Part shown: piece after piece, positions 61,501-64,000 of the stretch
Layout: each line of letters starts with the position of its first letter
Position numbering within the stretch: position 1 is the first letter of the stretch
Assembly (NCBI GenBank): GCA_963575745.1
Contig: CAUYUJ010000002.1
Coordinates: 806,001 to 870,000, forward strand
Source: Prorocentrum cordatum
Taxonomy: Eukaryota
Direction of reading: 5' to 3'
Length of the DNA: 64,000 nt
Translations under genes and position numbers: made by a program
Notes under the pieces: model-generated
Databases searched by the model: none
Told to the model about the DNA's origin: nothing
Seen by the model: only the letters and a program-made list of their open reading frames with translations

Positions 61501-62269
61501 GGTAAACATATGGTATAATGACAAAAGCATGCCCCTCAAGGGCGTCGTCTTTGCATTGCCGATTCGTATCGAAGAACTCGCCATTGACCCAACATATATG
61601 GAGACCGTCCTGAAAGGTCCGACATCACGCAGCGAAAAGATACTCCAGCACAAGACCGATGGCAGTTTACCATACCTTGGCATGCCGAGCATTCATAGAC
61701 CACGTATTCCGCGTACACCGCCCAGAAGGCCCGCTCCTCGGACACCCGATCCCGATGAGCTGGTGGCCACACCTGCCGAGGACAACGCTCATACGGGCGA
61801 CAATCCTCGACAGACTGCAGCATCATCGCGTGATCCGTTGATCGCCGTAATCGTGGACATATCGAACATAACGCTCACTGTTGATGAGAAAGCTGCGAAC
61901 GACAACATGGGAGCAGATCTCTCGGCAGACATCCAAGCAGATGAGCAGATTGAGGCAAGCATCCTCGACAACATCATTGACCCGCCATCGGACTTCCTTA
62001 ACCATCCAGATTACGACCCCGACGAGGGTTCAAGATGGATTAAACAGTCAGATGACTGCCGTGTATATTGTTGGACATCGGAGCTGCTGGTGGATTCGCC
62101 GATGATCAAGATGAAACAGATCATCGAGATACACAGTGGCGCAGACAGAATTGTAATGGACAAAACACAGTCGCATTTACAATTAGAGATTCGATTTGGA
62201 TCGAAAGCATGGAATGCAGAATCATACCAATTGAACTACGATCATACCCACAAATGGGCACGTGACTGA
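58541..62269 (+). CDS. Cargo polyprotein part 2 containing a Tpt1/KptA-like RNA 2'-phosphotransferase domain (~60050-60885)
   Basis: In order: KDITTMLRH, DGYADW, QKNRIE, IRCVGGHS, LHHGT..AWKNILKTGI, RSEALFS, LVINMEIATTAGCRFWLGAQGAIMTEDVVP. These match the Tpt1/KptA motif series (SK.LS.LLRH, DGW, K.RF, IRA.QGHS, LYHGT..I..GL, R..VHLS, ID..A..G..F..S.NGV.LT..IP). Confidence 0.82.
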   Translation, partial: GAHPNFDHHASDLINIMQNRGITVLPSDHWVDTHDRITPQAWHAKQNNHNMAMFTTQFCDAACYRNFCTLIQSLPSQPYPFRPPLLTAVTDDQAYTQAKEIMAALDFREKLTNEWERDLSLTTLMTQTANEMAHCAWMASCAEGTLPASLPAEAGDTTEPTPGMSTRTPAPDPGDPDQTLPENDPWVIAYNDLFQYLMLLIKDYPGAWASWHSLEKMELLHPKIVKTVEDAHAVTWVVFEHFLHQIKDLDGDDNATKVRIIAEDNRLSSHCIGPAAANEKNIEACKTFFKQNALDRVALGHDPDIPTAAWKAAADTAQPAPPGPLPDPLQPVPQSIKVSQPSTPEPKAEQPPADQLPKAEAVPIPDDGTDLEAMELEATPAEEEPSPHEMQDSCERSMHEDTSKIGIFDNACTIREWKLQAGIKYDHPYMCPMLRGTRATNGFACVEDHEWYDQLLHDDSVIAHTPDIAQSGCFPDWKWISLPHYDDVRYGPELIEEDWLGAVKWMGKDITTMLRHEIHYKKFWINQFHDRRINIWEKTKKNEWTIPSNWKSFKEMVEWKFRDRKDKHNGPAMEAAVAHFKKDCEHDGYADWNDYYPIFIIHAFQKHIDSQKNRIEIHAKPIPEGGDPSSFDWNSVIVIRCVGGHSCANPSSKPWNMGWESLQWTDVKYLHHGTASRAWKNILKTGIIPGYVDPTSQRDKHHKPSQRSEALFSSSTYLNNVQKNPHTSVESYKFNNYKNEVELVINMEIATTAGCRFWLGAQGAIMTEDVVPAAAIIAIRRLKPHHMHGQQLWPDGDPWDYPPLAARQPLSKYEICAYLPGELIDDPPGIAPVNPDQNMEPPRTTSASAPSVKLGETPASRTSADDALDEQIVRAMIRETNHKADDKEWLIALSYCREALRPITSKIMQKDRGRRPAFNDVRMGDFIVVKNWGSTKCFHCDNHWPKGNHNTKIALTKGRIYGQIIHFGIFDKFFAVQVPILNYGLRWVNIWYNDKSMPLKGVVFALPIRIEELAIDPTYMETVLKGPTSRSEKILQHKTDGSLPYLGMPSIHRPRIPRTPPRRPAPRTPDPDELVATPAEDNAHTGDNPRQTAASSRDPLIAVIVDISNITLTVDEKAANDNMGADLSADIQADEQIEASILDNIIDPPSDFLNHPDYDPDEGSRWIKQSDDCRVYCWTSELLVDSPMIKMKQIIEIHSGADRIVMDKTQSHLQLEIRFGSKAWNAESYQLNYDHTHKWARD

Positions 62270-64000
62270 CCAAATTGCAGCGCAGATCATTTCTTCAAAA
62301 AGTTGATACATTACCTCGACCCAGAGACTATCGAGGAGTCGGCCACAGGCATCTTTCAATGGATCTCCAAAGTATACCAGAACATCTTGAAAGATAGTAT
62401 TGCGGAGCTTCCAGATTTCACCAAAGAGGCCATCCATGAGAAACATCCTGCACTCCAGGCATTGCGTGACCTATTCAAAAATTGTACTGAGACATACGGT
62501 AATCCAGACTTTCCTGTATGGGAAGAGCCGGTGGAAACACCTGCTGCGCCTCGTGGGCAAGGCGCTGAGCAGGATATTCCCCAGGATCCAGGCAGCGTTG
62601 CGTCTGCAGCTCCTGATCAGGAAACCATGGTACGTATCTTGGCCGAGCAGACGGGACTCAAGCGCGAGGAGGGCGACAACGAGGCCACCTTGCAGGAGAA
62701 AGCTCGCCGTCTTCGTGAAGAGAACGCATGCCATGGCGGTGCCGAGGATACGGACAACACCAAGATAGAGTACAAAGGACTGCAAGGGGAAAGATTGTCT
62801 AGGATCGAGATCGAGGGTTTAAGTAGATCAATCGCTTCCCGACCGAACACCGAGACCAATCGTGAGGCGATCAATCAGATCGGCCAGAGCCTCGCTCGCG
62901 GTCAGGACACCCGCTGGGGATCCCGCGATCACCTCACTTCGGAAGGGGCCCCCGAGACGATATTGCATCCCATGCCGCTCTGTGAGAATTGCGGTCGAGA
63001 TCTGTCCCTCGGGATTGTCACAGGTGACGGCACATTTTGTGATATCTGTTGGCAGTATACCGTGGCCGTAGGCGCCACGGGTAAGAGCACCGCTACACAG
63101 AGCGATCTCGCGTACCTCCAGAAGATGACGAACTGGATCAAGAAGACACTCTCGGAGGACCACATCGCGAGATACATGAAGGACGGCGCGCACGTCATTA
63201 TGACGGGTGCGCGATCGCACGCAGGCAACGAGAAAGATCAGTTGCGGAGATTGGTCAATGCGCCCAGAAAGAGGCATCAGAAGTGGGTCGAATCAGGTAG
63301 CCCTCCTGCACACGAGCGCAGACTGATGGGCGAATCCGAGGACGACCGACCTCTGTACTACCCATTCGCCAATCTCGTACAACGCTTTCTCAACGACCTC
63401 AAGTTCCACCACCAAATGACAGGCGCCCGCGTGAACATCGGCAAGAAGCCCTGGACCGTGGAGGACATGCGCGATGCGTGGGACATCCTCGACGTCAGTA
63501 TTAGGACAGGACAGGCTGGTCGGAGGAAATGGTGGCTGAACGAGGGGCGCCTCGACAGGCAGACGCGGCAGGCCCGCGGACTGGTCACGGTTTCTCTACC
63601 TAGAAGAGACGGAACCCGTGAACAGTTCACTCAGCGTAAGCTTGCCGCGATTGCCAATGAGTTGTTAGGCTCCCTCGATCCGGCACATACCGACCAGAGG
63701 GGGGTTGATACAGGGATGAGAACCGATCCCGATGCACAATCCCACCAGTCCGATGATGCCATGGAGCCGCGCCATCCGCGGCCGCCGCCGCGCCCTGCTC
63801 CTGGCGACGCTGCTGCGCCCAGCGCCTCAGGCGCGACGGACTACGCGCCCGCGGGGCCGCGTACCAAGAGAGCGCGTACATCAGATTACGCCGCGTACTG
63901 GCGCGATGACCTCGAGGACAGCTACCGGGGGCTTAGGTACTGGAGTTACTACATCAACTGTTGGATCTACATCGCGATCAACAACGATGAGTACGTATAC
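62270..64000 (+). CDS. Cargo polyprotein part 3 (open to the window end, absent from the ORF track) with a C4 zinc ribbon
   Basis: Manual translation in the same frame after TGA 62267 (PNCSADHFFKKLIHY...) has no stop through 64000; contains CENCGRDLSLGIVTGDGTFCDIC at ~62980-63048. Confidence 0.75.

Larger units (their letters stand above)
47262..64000 (+). mobile_element. Giant Ty1/copia LTR retrotransposon (>16 kb, runs off the window) with a large 3' cargo region
   Basis: Domain order Gag-PR-IN-RT-RH (integrase before RT defines copia); PBS immediately after ...ACA at 47675; coding continues on the same strand to the window end with no 3' LTR seen. The 5' boundary is uncertain (47262 or 47480). 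Confidence 0.9.

Noticed and set aside
48131..64000. Stop-codon reassignment (TAG=Gln, TGA=Trp) as the explanation for the in-frame stops
   Set aside because: Only five such codons occur in over 5,000 while CAG and TGG are abundant, and frameshifts are also present; mutational decay is more parsimonious.
56381..64000. Cargo as an envelope protein or cytosine methyltransferase
   Set aside because: No signal peptide or transmembrane stretch seen, and no FxGxG/PCQ/ENV motif series.

Overview
Eukaryotic, repeat-dominated genomic DNA; the repeat types and retroelement families suggest a dinoflagellate (inference only). Positions ~1-41.7 kb are mostly trinucleotide microsatellites, minisatellite/satellite arrays (units of about 8, 20, 77, 101 and 114 bp) and small TIR elements (MITEs). 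Nearly all ORFs listed there are artefacts, and no host gene could be identified with confidence. A decayed RTE-like LINE (~42.0-44.9 kb) and an internally deleted CRE-like non-LTR fragment (~46.2-47.0 kb) follow. From ~47.3 kb to the window end lies an unusually large (>16 kb, 3' end outside the window), lightly mutated Ty1/copia LTR retrotransposon. It has a putative 5' LTR, an anticodon-arm (half-tRNA) primer-binding site, a Gag with a coiled coil, three CCCH fingers and an RS region, and then protease-integrase-RT-RNase H. After pol comes a >2,500-codon cargo reading frame. It carries a recognisable Tpt1/KptA-like NAD+-dependent RNA 2'-phosphotransferase (ADP-ribosyltransferase fold), a possible SGNH-hydrolase fold and a C4 zinc ribbon. 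A copia element that is primed by a tRNA fragment and carries its own RNA end-healing enzyme is the main candidate for an undescribed system. All domain calls are by-eye motif recognition, not database searches.
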